Part shown: in pieces, positions 52,701 to 64,000 of the stretch
How positions within the stretch are numbered: position 1 is the first letter of the stretch
How the letters are laid out: each line of letters opens with the position of its first letter
NCBI GenBank assembly: GCA_030141605.1
Contig: JAQGDQ010000254.1
Location: 260,213-324,212 of the forward strand
Source of the DNA: Tubiluchus corallicola
Taxonomy: Eukaryota; Animalia; Priapulida
DNA: 64,000 bases
Direction: 5' to 3'
Notes under the pieces: generated by a model
Databases searched by the model: none
What the model saw: the letters and a program-made list of their open reading frames with translations, nothing else
Told to the model about the DNA's origin: nothing
Program-made: the position numbers and the translations under genes

Positions 52701-55700
52701 AAAGCTGCCAATGTACAGACCAAACAGACAAAGTTTCAATAGCATTTGTTTATAAATAGTTGTTGTTAACAGAGGCATACAATTTCAGATCATCAGCATA
52801 TACCCTACAATTAATAGCAACTAATTCTTGTGGTTAATCGTTAATGAATAAAATAAACAAAATTGGTCCAAGTACACTGCCTTGAGGTGTTCCAGAAATA
52901 ACCTGGCTATATTGAGAAAATTCCGGACCAACGAGAACTCTTTGGGTATGAATACTTAAGAATGCCCTGATCCATGCAAAAAGATTGCCAGAAATACCAT
53001 TGATTTTGATTGATTAAAAACACCACAATTTGATTAAAAGCTTTGAATGAATAATGCTAGCAAAGCCTTTTGCGTAATCAACATACAGCACATCTAATTA
53101 CAAACCATTGTCAATACATTTACACCAGTCATCAACACAATCAAGTAATTGTGCACATGTGGACATGTTTTCCATAAAACCATGTTGAGATTTAGAGATT
53201 AAATTATGTAATAATAGATAATCTAAAAGTTCATCTTTAATACAAATTTCCATCACCTTGCAAGCTACGCAAGTTAGTGAAATAGAACAATAACTAAGGG
53301 GGGTCTGCAGGGCCACCTTTTTTGAATATTGGGACGATGTCAGCGCACAACCAAGAACTAGGCAGGGCTGTGTGTCTGAAAAGAAATTTCAAAAATGTTT
53401 GCTAGTGGTATGAAAAGTTGACTGGCGAGCTTAGAAAACAGGATGTTGGGCAAACCATTAGGTGTGAGGCTAGTTTTACAAATGATCTTTTTAAGTGCTT
53501 TATAGACAACGTCTGTTGTAAAGCGTACTACATTTACTAATGCCAGGAGGAAACAAATAAACAAACCTGAGCATGACTGCCTTCTTGACAAGGAAACAGT
53601 CCAACAATAGGAGCATCTTTTTCATTTCTTCCCATAGTGTCAATACACAAAGTTGAAGCTTTGTTACTAATCTAAATATACAATAAGACATCATTACGTA
53701 TAAACAAACCAGCCAAAAAAATAAAAACTACAATATAAGGTGACTAGATAAAATCTTAAAGCGAAGTATTCATCAAACTTACTAAATGCTTATATGTAAA
53801 GATGCTTTTATTCAATGTTGACAAGTTTAATGTGGAAACGTATTAATCTGTTTATCACACGTTACCTTTCCAAAAGCAAGAGCGTGTTCGTCGGGTACAA
53901 ATTGTTGCGGGAAAACATTTTCCAGATACCACTTAAAGCTCTTGCAACCCAGTTTCTTCCTTAGAGCTTTTCGTTCTGATATATCACCATAATCAGTGTT
54001 CTTCTAAATAGAAAGATTTGAATGAAAGCAGTTTTTACAAAATGCCTGAAGTAAGCTATATGTTACATATGTTGATAATATATGCTTAAAGTTGATTCTA
54101 TGAGTTTTGCTCAACAGCTTCAGAAAAAAACTGCATTCTCTGCAGTCATAATAGCTTGTTTGCTGCCTAACTGCCAAAGTTGACTGACTTTATTAACCAC
54201 TGAACTTGGAAAATGCTCAAGCTGAGATCAGACCAGAGCAAAGGATCAGGGCACAATAAATAAACTAAAATAAGCGGCTGTACATGACTAATAGCCGGAC
54301 AAGCATGTATTAATCATAAAGTGTATAAGAAACGAACAATGTGTGACTTCATAGAGTATATAAAGTACTTTAAGAAGACGTTAAGAAGTATCAAATACTT
54401 TGCAATATATTCAAATTCAATAAAAAGTATTTTATGTGATTTCAATAAAGTAAAAATTAAGGAATACTTCATATTAAATTGTGGGTACATGTTCAGCAGT
54501 AAATTCACTTGCTATGTTCAGTAAAGTCAATGAGATTCATTAAAAATTCGCTCAATATTGTTTGCACAAAATTTTTGTTTGTCCCTTGGTGTAAAAACCT
54601 TTTGCTGTAGAGTTACTCGTTTGATGACCCATGTGCTACCAGTGTAAGTACATAACACAACTTAGTGCAAACTATCAAACTGCTGAATGGCTCATTGTTT
54701 TTATACAGCTAGTACACAAAATGACATGACATCTTAACAAGCAACTCTGCATGCTGCATCCTAACAACTTTTTTGCAGTACCAGGAATGATGAGTTAAGT
54801 TTAACAGTAAATTAATTTGCAAGCGTTTGGCAAAGTACGCATTAAAAACTTATAAATACATAGCAATACAGGCAATGGGCCTGACAAAAACTCCGCAATA
54901 CGCAATAACCAAGTACGCAGTATTCAAATATTATATTATAATAATATTTTAATATAATTAATATAATAATAATATATTATAACATTTTTATACTAGTTAA
55001 ATGAATGATGAAAGTTTGTTCTTTTTCATAAGTTGCATTACTGGTGTGTACGCAGTAAACCCTGTACGCCGCAATGGTGTTATACTGTGTAGTTCAAAAC
55101 CAAAAAATATGCATCCAACTTCAGAGATCATATTGCGTTTACAGCTATAGCAACATACCAAAGGAATAGCTGTAAAGCTAGGTTTCCACGACAGAAAATG
55201 CGAGTTCAATAACTTACCTTTAAGTCTCTTCGGTGATTGTAAAAGAGTCGCTTATAGTCATCCATCCAAACTTCTGCCAGTCGCATAGAATTTATTCCGT
55301 GGGTGTCCCTATTACCTGGAAAAGTGTAAGGATGAGCAGCCCGAAAAATGTGTCCTACACGAGAACAGGGAATGAATTCCAGCCTGCCGCCACACATCCA
55401 GACCTAAACAATTATAACAAAAAAGCAAAATTTACAAAAAAGCTAACATAGTTAACATACCATCTGAGTCTGACCAATAACTGCACCAATTGACGCTTGT
55501 AGAAGCTAAATGGCAAGTACTGCATGGCACTAAGTGTTTATATCTACGATTTAGATAAAACTCAAGTAATTATAATTAGGTTTTGGTTTCATAACACTTG
55601 CTGTCCCCCGAGTCATAAAATCATAGAATTGTAATTGAGTGCTCATAAAAACTTAATAATTGTATCATACAATGAATAAACAAAATTGTGATTTAATTAC

Positions 55701-58700
55701 ACAATTGCTTTTTCACCATTCAAGTCAAAACACAGAATCGTGTTTTATTTGCTTATTAAAAGTTTAGAATAATATATGATTATTAATATTATGAAAAAGT
55801 TTTTTGAAACCTGGCCATAACACCAAAACTGACACAGATATTCGAGATGCTATTGTTGCTCCAAAAATCTGCTAAACTGGTTAGACTGCCATAAAAATAG
55901 GTGGCAACAATCTGAGAGAAATGAGAGCGGTCGACTAAGTAAAAATTTTACATTTGCAGCTAACAGGCTCTAATTAAATAGACTTTTGCCAAAAAAGTTC
56001 GTAAGATACACAATGGTGACTAGTTGTGTTTCCTCAACCAAAAAACTGCACCTCTTCAATTCATTTTAACCCAAAGAGCAGTTATCTGGACCAGGTTCTA
56101 AAGTTAGAGGGAACAAGCAAATAAAAAAGGGCACCATAGTACATGCCACAATTTTTAACACATTCAATATAAAGTTTAATTTTGTATTTAAAATCAAAAC
56201 ACGAGGAAGATACAGTTTCATAGGAAGTACATAATTCTTATTTTGTATTTAACATTAAAACACAATAAAAAATTTAAAAGTGAGTTCATCAATCTTAAAA
56301 TGTAATAAAAACGTGTGTTATTTAATTATTTAAGTTTAAATGTAAAATGGAGATAAAATATTTCTGAAAAGGCAACAATTTTGAAAAATGTGCTAGAGGG
56401 GAATGGACCCAAGCTTCATTTACCCTTGACCAGCCACATTATTTCTATTAGTCTTATTTATAAAATTACAACACACAAACACACGCCATATTAGGATTAT
56501 AATATATACACACTACTCACCCTGAATGATATCTCCAAATTCTCTCCACCCCAAACTTCCATGCCTGGATCATAGGCACCGATTTCCCAAAAGTATTTTC
56601 GGTCAGCTGCTAAAAGGCCTCCAGACATAGTTGGCGACCTACAGCAACAAAGGAATTCATAATATTCAGCAACAACATTTTTGATTATAAATTCACCACT
56701 ATTACAAAACTGCACTAGTAATTATTCAATGTTTCAATTGCAATGGTACTTTTAAAAATTCCAAAAACAACTAAAAACAGCATTAACTTGCCAGTCTTTC
56801 GCAAAAATGATGCTTTGCACCAAATGAACGTAAATTGTTTTTAATCTGTTAACAAAATCTGACTGACATCTATTCCATTAATGTTTGTATTATATTATAA
56901 ACAAAATGTTTCGCTTGCTGCTGCAATTGTTGTCAGTTGGAAGCATGATCTGTAAAAAAAACAAAGTAAACTCTTCAAAAAAATCCAACTTGGTGCACCA
57001 AATTAATAAATAGATTTTATTAAGCGACTGGATTTATAGACCGAGGAAGACTTACTAAGTAGTGTTTTCTATGTTGCTACAGTTCCAATTGTTCGTTTGT
57101 GAAGCCAAGGCTCTTAACACTCAGTGAACTGTTTGCAAATTTTTTTTAAGTAAACTGCAATAATTTATTAGCATAAAGGCATCTCGCGTAAAATATGCTT
57201 TGTTAACCATGATGCCATTATCTTTTACATGTGATAAACTGTTTGCCAAGTTTAAAAAATGTAGTACATGTAACTTTAATATGAGTCATTAACATCCTCA
57301 CACACAATTGTTTAAATCAACAAGAAATAACATTTTTGTTTTACCTGATTATGTATGCAAAACGAGTAAACAAGACCATTATATTAAACGCATATAAGTT
57401 TAAAGTCGAAACATGTCTAGTGTGGTCTGTTCTGACAGATTTTTCAAAAAAAGTTACATTTGAATGTCTTGCTTGAGTTTGCCAAAGTGTCACATGTTTG
57501 AATAGTCGCAGTCGACGGTGCAGTGTTTTCAGCGCATCGCATTTCAGCAGCTGATGCAGTAATTTCTGGTTCGTCGCTGTCGTAACACCTATCTTATTGA
57601 TGAGGGTCATTAAGTGCAAAAATGCAAAGGTGTAAAAAAATGTGTTTAGAACAAAGATGCTGATCTAGCTCACGTCAAAATGTGGAACAATTGTGTGGTC
57701 TTATGCCACAAGTTGTTGTCTTCACAGCACGCAAGGCAGATTTACAAAGTGAAGTTTGGATTTAATAAACGGCAGATTTTACTAGGTTAAAGCATTATAC
57801 AGTTCAGTTCCAGCAATACTGGCCACAATAAGCGGCTGGATTTATTATCCGTGCATTTATTAAATGAATCCTATTGCGCAATGAAAAATTTACAGGCACA
57901 TGAAAAACAGTTGTACAATAATTAAAAAATTCCTATCAAAACAAATTCAACTGCATGTGAGTTTATTTACTTATCAAATGCAGTTCAATTCATTCTGACA
58001 AGAACTGTTTCACACCAGACCGTAATTTCAATGTATTTCATTACAGATCACTCATCTGACTGCCAACAATTACAGCTACAATCGAAATGTTTTGTTTATG
58101 AAAATAAATAGTTTACATTCAAGAGAGACACAGAGTAACGGCACATACATAACAGGGTCAGTACTGTAGTTTCTCATACGCATGTGTTCTCTAGGAATCG
58201 GCCTCCACGTAAAGTGTAGCGACCAAGTGAAACCACCTACGGACACACCTCCTTGACGTTGATACGCTAGAGTATTATCATTAATAGCATCGATCATTGG
58301 CACAGCTATTACCTTCCGATTGTCCTTGATTCTTTGTAATAAAGGCTCTAACCTAAAAATTATTATATAGATATCAAAATATAAAAGTAAATATATAAAA
58401 TTATAGATAAAAAAGCTATGACAAAATTATAGTTCAGCCAGAAACTGTCTTTTTCACTTAAACCAGTACATTTGGGAACACACTGTCTCTTTCTAAATGG
58501 CAACAGCTACAAAATTAAAATGGTAACATTTATATTTTAATAGATAGCTTTACTAGTGCATTGACAATTGACAAAAAATTTCTCTTCGTTAGCACACAAC
58601 AGTAACATAATCTAAACGTTTACTACAGCATTTCATAATAAATATGTTAACAAAGCTTCGTTGAACTTAGATAGCCTTGATGGAATACAGGAATAATTTT

Positions 58701-61700
58701 AAAACCAGCATAGCAAACTAGGCTGCACAAGGATTTATCTTAAATTATTTTTCAATCACTCTACCTACCAATAATCAGCAACTTCACAGTGTGCTTCTAA
58801 AAAGACAAGAACATCTCCACTAGCTGCCTCTGCACCGACAATACGGGCACCAGCAATTCCTCGGCGCTCCTTTGTGCGCACAACACGGACATTGATAAAA
58901 TGGCTTGCTACATAATTGTCCAATCGTTCACCTAGTTCCTCTAAAAACAGTAACGTAAGTTTTAAATTATAACCCAGACATAAACTGTGATATTACAGAA
59001 ATGAGTATTTAACACAATTTTCAGAAAATTTTTAAAAACTTTAAAGGAAAACCGGATTGAATCTTAAACTATAGCTCAAAACAATCCAATCAATAATGTA
59101 TCGAATGGGAACACATTTTTCAAAATTAACTTACGTGAAAAAATTAGTATTGCAGAAACCTAATTTTGCATTCACACGGTTAGTTATTCGCTGTTGCATG
59201 ATTTTGCCATTTGCTAGTTAGATTGGCATTAGCACCTGCATCTCCGAAAGGCATTGCACAAAAACAAGCACTGTACTTCCCAATTCAGATGAGTTCAGTT
59301 GTGGCATAGCACACGTGTTTGAGAGCTCATGAGTGAGCACTGGGATAAACTTGAAATTTTACTTTTTAAACTTGAACTTTTTCTTGGAATGCTTGTGCTG
59401 TTGAAAATTATGTTCCTTTGTAACACACCACCACCAACTGGGCTCATCCACCATTAAGTAAGTTTTTAACCTATTATTTAATTATCAGAAACACTTCCAA
59501 ATTAGTTTATACGAAAATCAATCAAAATTTTGTAAACAAATGAATGAACTTCTGTCGTCTCCATCAATAACATGAGTTTCTATTGTAGTTCAGTACTTTT
59601 ATAACACACGGTTATAACACCAAATATCAAACAAACTTTTAAGTTATAATTCAAATTATAATTCGTAAAAAGTATACATGTTCAAAACACTTCAATTACA
59701 CAATTCACAGTTTGTTACCAAGGCACTTCAGCCATGCAGTAAAACTCTCCTCCCCTATGGTAGCAAAGGCACCCGGTCACGAGACTGTTTGGACAGATTG
59801 CGTCTGTACAGACAAGTGCAGAAAATAATAATGACAGGATAAAAAATAGCTTTACTTAGTTACGAAAAGTCTTTCTTTGAAAAGATAATGCTGAGTTTGG
59901 AAATGCTAATTTTTGCCATTAGTGATAGCATTTCAAAGTTAATATAGTAAGTAATTTTTATGACATCAACAATAGTGCAAAGAAGTGTAGAAGACATGTG
60001 CTTCTCTAATGTACCTAATGATACCAAAATCGAAAAATTTTTTACTTATCTAGTTATATTCCCCAAATTTAAACAAATAAATTTTAATTAAATAAGGATT
60101 ACTTTGTCCTACAAAGATTTTGAAGAGCTAGTTTACACAGTAGAGATGTTATTAGGAAGCAAAGTTAGTAGCTAGTCACTGGCTACCATATTCCTTATGA
60201 CAGGAGCGACTGTTTTAATTATTTCTTAAAGAAATTTTTGAAAAACTTACAATTTCTATGTTTAAAAAAATGATTTTGGGTAATACCACATAATATTTAA
60301 AATGTATCAAGTACAAATACAAATCAAAAACATCGGTTATAATAATCCAGAGTTGAAATCTATTCTTCCGATATTAGCTGTTAAAGATTTCAGTAAGTTG
60401 AATTATTCACAATTTTTGGCCTTGCACCTAACTGTTTTATCAGATTTCACATAACATACAGTTTAATGTTAGCATGCCTTAGTATTTAAAGGAAGACAGG
60501 ATGATTTTTAAGAATGGCAAAAAGTATGCATTTTAACACCAATAAAACTGCAAAAACATTTCTGATAATTAAATAATAGATTAAAATTCTAATTATCAGC
60601 GGGTGAGCCCAACTAGTTGATTACATCACAGACTAACATAATTTTCAACATCATTTTCGAGTGTGTTGTGTGTGTTTGTGAAAGCAAAAATTAAAGTACA
60701 GTGCCACTGTAAGAAATTCAGTGTATTGTGCTAAAACTCAGCAAGTTCAAAGATAAAAATTCAAATTTTAAATTTGCCGCTGTATAAGCTGTCGAACGTA
60801 TGCAGTTTCTCACAAACTAACACATCTGAACTGAGAGGTACAGCACCTGTTTTTGGTGCAACGCTAGTTATGCAGGCGCTAGTGCCTGTCTAACTAACGA
60901 ATGGCAAAATGCATGTAACTGCAAAGAACTAGTGACACGAACGCGAAATTGCATTCGTGTGATAAGAATTCTTTTACATAAATCATTCTTTAAAAAATAG
61001 TATGTTTCCTTTCAATATTTTATAGAATAGGTTGTTTTGACCTACAGTTTAACATAGGGTCCAGTTTTGCTTTAACCTTAGGTTATATATAGTGGCGGCT
61101 CATAGCAAAAATTAATGAGGGTGTTGCTTCAGAAAATTTTTAGCTATTGTTTTAATGTGTAATACCAAACAAACATATGTAATTTTAATGTTATAATTTG
61201 TAATTGTAATTTTAAACAAACAAACATACTATATTAATTCTACACTTTATCACATTCAAGAATATGCCCGTATGCGGTTCTTAAGCACGTGACAACTGAC
61301 AACACACATTGCCGAAAGTGCTCTCTCTACCTAGAGTGTAGTGACTTACCTCAATAGGGATTGCCTCAGGCGCACAACAGCCAAGCAACAGACAATAGAC
61401 ATGTTGCTGGAGTTGTGAGTGCACAGAGCTGGACCTGTGAATACACAGTTCCATCACGTGCTCTGGTTCCGTAAAAATATAAAGAAAGAATTAAACAATA
61501 AAGACTCATTACGCTGAATATTATCGATTATATCGAGTGAAAATAGAGGGTGTTGTAGTTCCAAAGTGACTATACATGAGCCGACACTGGTTATATGATA
61601 GGGCCTCAAGATATATATGAAACTAATTATTTACCATGTGTCTACACTGTAATACTTATAGTAGAAATAATACTTAATTTCCACAACAAACCAAATTTCT

Positions 61701-63230
61701 CCCAAAAAATACTCAAACTCTACAAATAACACACAAAGTAAACAATATTTCGTTTGGCTGCCGGAATTGAAGAGGCCCTTGTGCATTCTGGCAGAGGAGC
61801 CGGAAGGGTTAAATAAATAAAAGATCAGAAATGTTAGTGGTACAGGCTTAAAAAACAGGCATTTACAGATTTAAATGAAAGCATTGGTACTGAAATTAAC
61901 AATGATGATGGAAGAAGTCAAATGTTACTACATACACGTACCACAGTTATTTAGTACAACTAAAATTATATGTTGATTTTGAGAACGTAAAGTCTGCAAC
62001 GTGTATATGATAACCATGATTAACCAGCAACTAACTTATCTATAATTAGTACCTCTGTCACTGAAATCATCCACTAGCAAGATCTCACGCAGTAAACGTA
62101 CAGGTGATCGCCTAATTACAGTCCAAATTGTCCGCATTATAGGAGACCAAGCTTCATTATTAAATATGATTATAACGCTAGCTGTAGGCAGATCTGCATC
62201 ATATTTAATCTTTGTGCACCTAGAATCAGAAACAATTAATCTGATGTTAAACTACTTCTGGTTTGGTGATATTTCGTTTTAATGGCGTCAAAGCTTTAAA
62301 CAGTTTTTTCACTTAAGGATGCATATTTCTTTTCAAAGACGATCTTCCTGTATAACTTACTGAAATATGTTTGCACGTTATATTCAAAGAAGCCTACTGG
62401 TAATCCAAGTCATGGTAAAAATTCTTATTACTGATAGTGATAGTAGGCTCTCAGAAACATATATACCACAGTATTAACAAAAAATTAAAATAACAAAGTT
62501 AAATTCTTTTAAACAGCAGTGCAACATCCTTTTATGAATATTAATGGAGGATTCCCGCCACTGTGCAAAAAATTGTTAAAGGCAGGAATAAACGCGCTAT
62601 AACAAAAATTAACACATTTTATTTTCACTAGATTATCAACCATGGTGATTAATATTATTTGGGATAAATCTTGATCGTCATTTCACAATAAAGAGCACTA
62701 TTTCGTATTTCATCAATTTTTATCAGAGCGCAAAGAAACACTAGATATGAAAATCGCCTCGCCAATAGTGATGTATAATGTGTTACACTGTTAGTGAAGT
62801 GAGCTGAGCCTACCATCTATAACTTGGTTCGATAAGGTACAATATCATTTAACTTTAATTAAACTTCTATTTCAAAAATAAGTCTTGCGTACCTTGGATT
62901 ACGAGTATCTGGGATAGAACGACTGTACGAGATTCTGTCACTAACGACTACATTAAATGTTTCTTTTTTAAACAACTTTTTTGCCAACGCTTCATCCTCT
63001 CCTGACAAAAACACAGGGTCACCATTTTCACCTGGGCCATGTGGTGGCCCATCCATTGGCATTAATGTTACAACATGACCGTTACTAGATTTCTGTTTAT
63101 TTACAGAGTGAGGACGTTTAGCATCTTTTGAGGTGAAGATAAATATCACAGTAAATGTACAACATAAAGCAATAAACGCTCTCGTAATAACTTCTCTACG
63201 TCTGTAAAAGTAACGCGTCAGCTTCGCCAT
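49701..63230 (-). CDS. GALNT: Gene A: polypeptide N-acetylgalactosaminyltransferase (GT27 catalytic domain plus ricin-B lectin), type II Golgi membrane protein, 10 coding exons, about 577 aa; resembles Drosophila pgant1-type enzymes
   Basis: Exons (all GT-AG, phases consistent, 1734 nt): 62893-63230, 62053-62219, 58769-58940, 58149-58352, 56521-56638, 55218-55403, 53866-54003, 53567-53671, 50613-50750, 49701-49868. Motifs: N-terminal [74 protein letters not shown]; lectin CID/CFD/CLD with QAW and QKW; TGA at 49701-49703. Confidence 0.95.
50812..51272. mobile_element. pogo/Tc1-like MITE with ATAAGGGAC subterminal repeats in gene A intron 8
   Basis: CAGTA...CTCGCTTATAAGGGAC start, GTCCCTTATATCAGAATTTGACTG-TA end, multiple internal ATAAGGGAC copies. 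Confidence 0.75.
51710..53548 (-). mobile_element. 5'-truncated, decayed CR1-like LINE in sense orientation in gene A intron 8
   Basis: [57 protein letters not shown]; 3' AATAAA and short-repeat tail at about 51710-51740. Confidence 0.9.
59045..61071. mobile_element. Non-autonomous Kolobok-like DNA transposon (~2 kb) in gene A intron 2
   Basis: TTAA on both sides (59041-59044 and 61072-61075), AG...CT termini, and ~200-bp diverged inverted repeats (59045-59240 versus 60870-61071). Confidence 0.7.
61090..61589. mobile_element. hAT-type MITE in gene A intron 2
   Basis: TIR TAGTGGCGGCTCA / TGAGCCGACACTG; 8-bp TSD GTTATATA / GTTATATG (7 of 8 match). Confidence 0.7.
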
Positions 63231-63394
63231 ATCCCAAATCTTTCGTTAACGCTCAAAATAAGAGCAATCGGCATTAACAAAAATAATTAGCTGCACATCA
63301 CAGAATAGAAACAAAGAACTACTTAAAGCCCTACAAATGCTTCAAATTTACACGCAGGTTGCCAACTACACCATTTTCTACAGTATAAAAGTAG

Positions 63395-63455
63395 CCAAGT
63401 AGTACTTCCGGTTCTGTTTTGTTGCGCATAGCACCAAAACGCAGGCGCGCCATAA
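63395..63455 (-). promoter_or_regulatory. Candidate proximal promoter of gene A (ETS-like and NRF1-like motifs)
   Basis: ACTTCCGGTT at about 63404 and GCAGGCGCGC at about 63441, locally CpG-rich, about 170-220 bp upstream of the ATG. Motif match only. Confidence 0.3.
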
Positions 63456-63604
63456 TTTGTGCATAGAAGTCTGCGTCTAATGAAAAGCAACTCGCACAGT
63501 TTAAAAATGCGTTTAGTTTACTGCACGGCGTTATTACTGTTAGGCATCAAATGTTCCAATGATTATTTATATTATATGGCGAGGACCCTTGGAGAAAGTC
63601 AATA

Positions 63605-63952
63605 TAAGACGAATTCGAACGAGTTTTTTAGCTCGAATTCGATTCGAACCTAAAACTATAGATTCGAATAATTCAGCACTTCAATCACATACGTTCTTTA
63701 TCATTAACACTATTTAAACATCATGCATTTAGCGTAATTTGTCTGTGATTTCTGTGCACAATTTTAAACAAATTATTAGTAGTTTTACTGCAGAACAAAA
63801 TCGAGTAATATGCAAGGTCTTTGTAAGACTAATTTCTACTGCTGGTTCCAAAACTTGTTTAAAAACCTTTCAATCTCAGTTCGAATTCGATTCAGAAATA
63901 CAGAAATTCGGTTCGATTCGAATTCGCTTCTGGTAGAGAATTCTCATCGCTA
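63605..63952. mobile_element. Longer relative of the 96-bp hAT mini-element, upstream of gene A
   Basis: Right end AAATTCGGTTCGATTCGAATTCGCTTCTGGTAGAGAATTCTCATCGCTA nearly matches 18100-18152; inverted TTCGAA clusters at 63610-63670; left TIR not identified. Confidence 0.7.
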
Positions 63953-64000
63953 ATGAGCAGCCAAGTCAAAGTGCCTCAGAATGGGGAGGGGGGGGGGGGG

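Noticed and set aside
206-63936. Most short 60-110 aa ORFs in the track, including plus-strand ORFs over exons (25815-26039, 30034-30243, 40725-41141, 55233-55451)
   Set aside because: They are antisense shadows of GALNT exons or chance ORFs in AT-rich introns, many with non-ATG starts.
63983-64000. Poly-G run or G-quadruplex
   Set aside because: Cut by the window edge and likely part of an adjacent repeat; it cannot be assessed.

Overview
AT-rich animal (invertebrate-like) genomic DNA, not prokaryotic. The window holds a head-to-tail array of four intron-containing polypeptide N-acetylgalactosaminyltransferase (GALNT/ppGalNAc-T, GT27) paralogs, all on the minus strand with the same exon architecture. 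Gene A (63230-49701, 10 exons, 577 aa by my exon join), gene B (45057-37103, 560 aa) and gene C (31823-20933, 557 aa) are complete. Gene D (14765-5145) shows only exons 1-8 in the window. All joined frames are open and the splice sites are intact, but the active sites differ sharply. B and C have lost the WGGEN motif and carry ExH in place of DxH, and B also lacks the third Mn-binding His, so they look like maintained pseudo-enzymes. A is otherwise canonical but has EAH instead of DxH. D is the only copy with a textbook catalytic site, but its lectin alpha repeat is altered and it uses a GC splice donor. Introns and spacers contain decayed LINEs, a tRNA-derived SINE, a 5S-like fragment and non-autonomous DNA transposons (hAT including a nested 96-bp element, pogo/Tc1-like, Kolobok-like). 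Exon boundaries were read by eye and no expression data were available.
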